The notes under the pieces: generated by a model
The model's database searches: none
What the model saw: the letters and a program-made list of their open reading frames with translations, nothing else
What the model was told of the DNA's origin: nothing
Made by a program: the position numbers and the translations under genes
Shown here: positions 63,879-64,000 of the stretch, piece by piece
Position numbering within the stretch: position 1 is the first letter of the stretch
Layout: each line of letters starts with the position of its first letter
Assembly (NCBI GenBank): GCA_951406725.2
Contig: OX597818.1
Span: 18,290,001-18,354,000, forward strand
DNA from: Octopus vulgaris
Lineage: Eukaryota
DNA length: 64,000 nucleotides
Direction of reading: 5' to 3'

Positions 63879-64000
63879 ACATACTGGTATGAATAATTAC
63901 GACCGACAAAAATATACAAAAACCTTTCATAGCTCAGACGGGAACGAGCAAATATTATTTGTTCGTTCCCGTTCGTTCCCGTCTGGGCAATGTTTTTCTA

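Overview
This is an AT-rich, microsatellite-saturated animal (metazoan) genomic window made almost entirely of transposable-element debris. The SINE families resemble those described from Octopus, so a cephalopod source is inferred. Recognisable elements are a decayed full-length Ty3/Gypsy LTR retrotransposon (540-5740, minus) with a LINE inside one LTR, and many tRNA-derived SINEs (CORE-, Meta- and Ceph-like). Also present are mariner/maT/pogo DNA transposons and MITEs, a piggyBac deletion derivative, non-autonomous Helitrons, Penelope-like (GIY-YIG) fragments and a stack of (TAA)n-targeted Dong/R4 RLE retrotransposons. No intact protein-coding gene is evident; one candidate 66-nt host exon lies at 48440-48505 (minus). 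The main signal missing from the ORF track is about 15 minimal type-I hammerhead-ribozyme motifs with differing palindromic stem III sequences, mostly in short units between (TA)n tracts. Five cluster at 59.99-61.56 kb, and three in the window have fully canonical cores. All calls are by eye; no database searches or folding computations were run.
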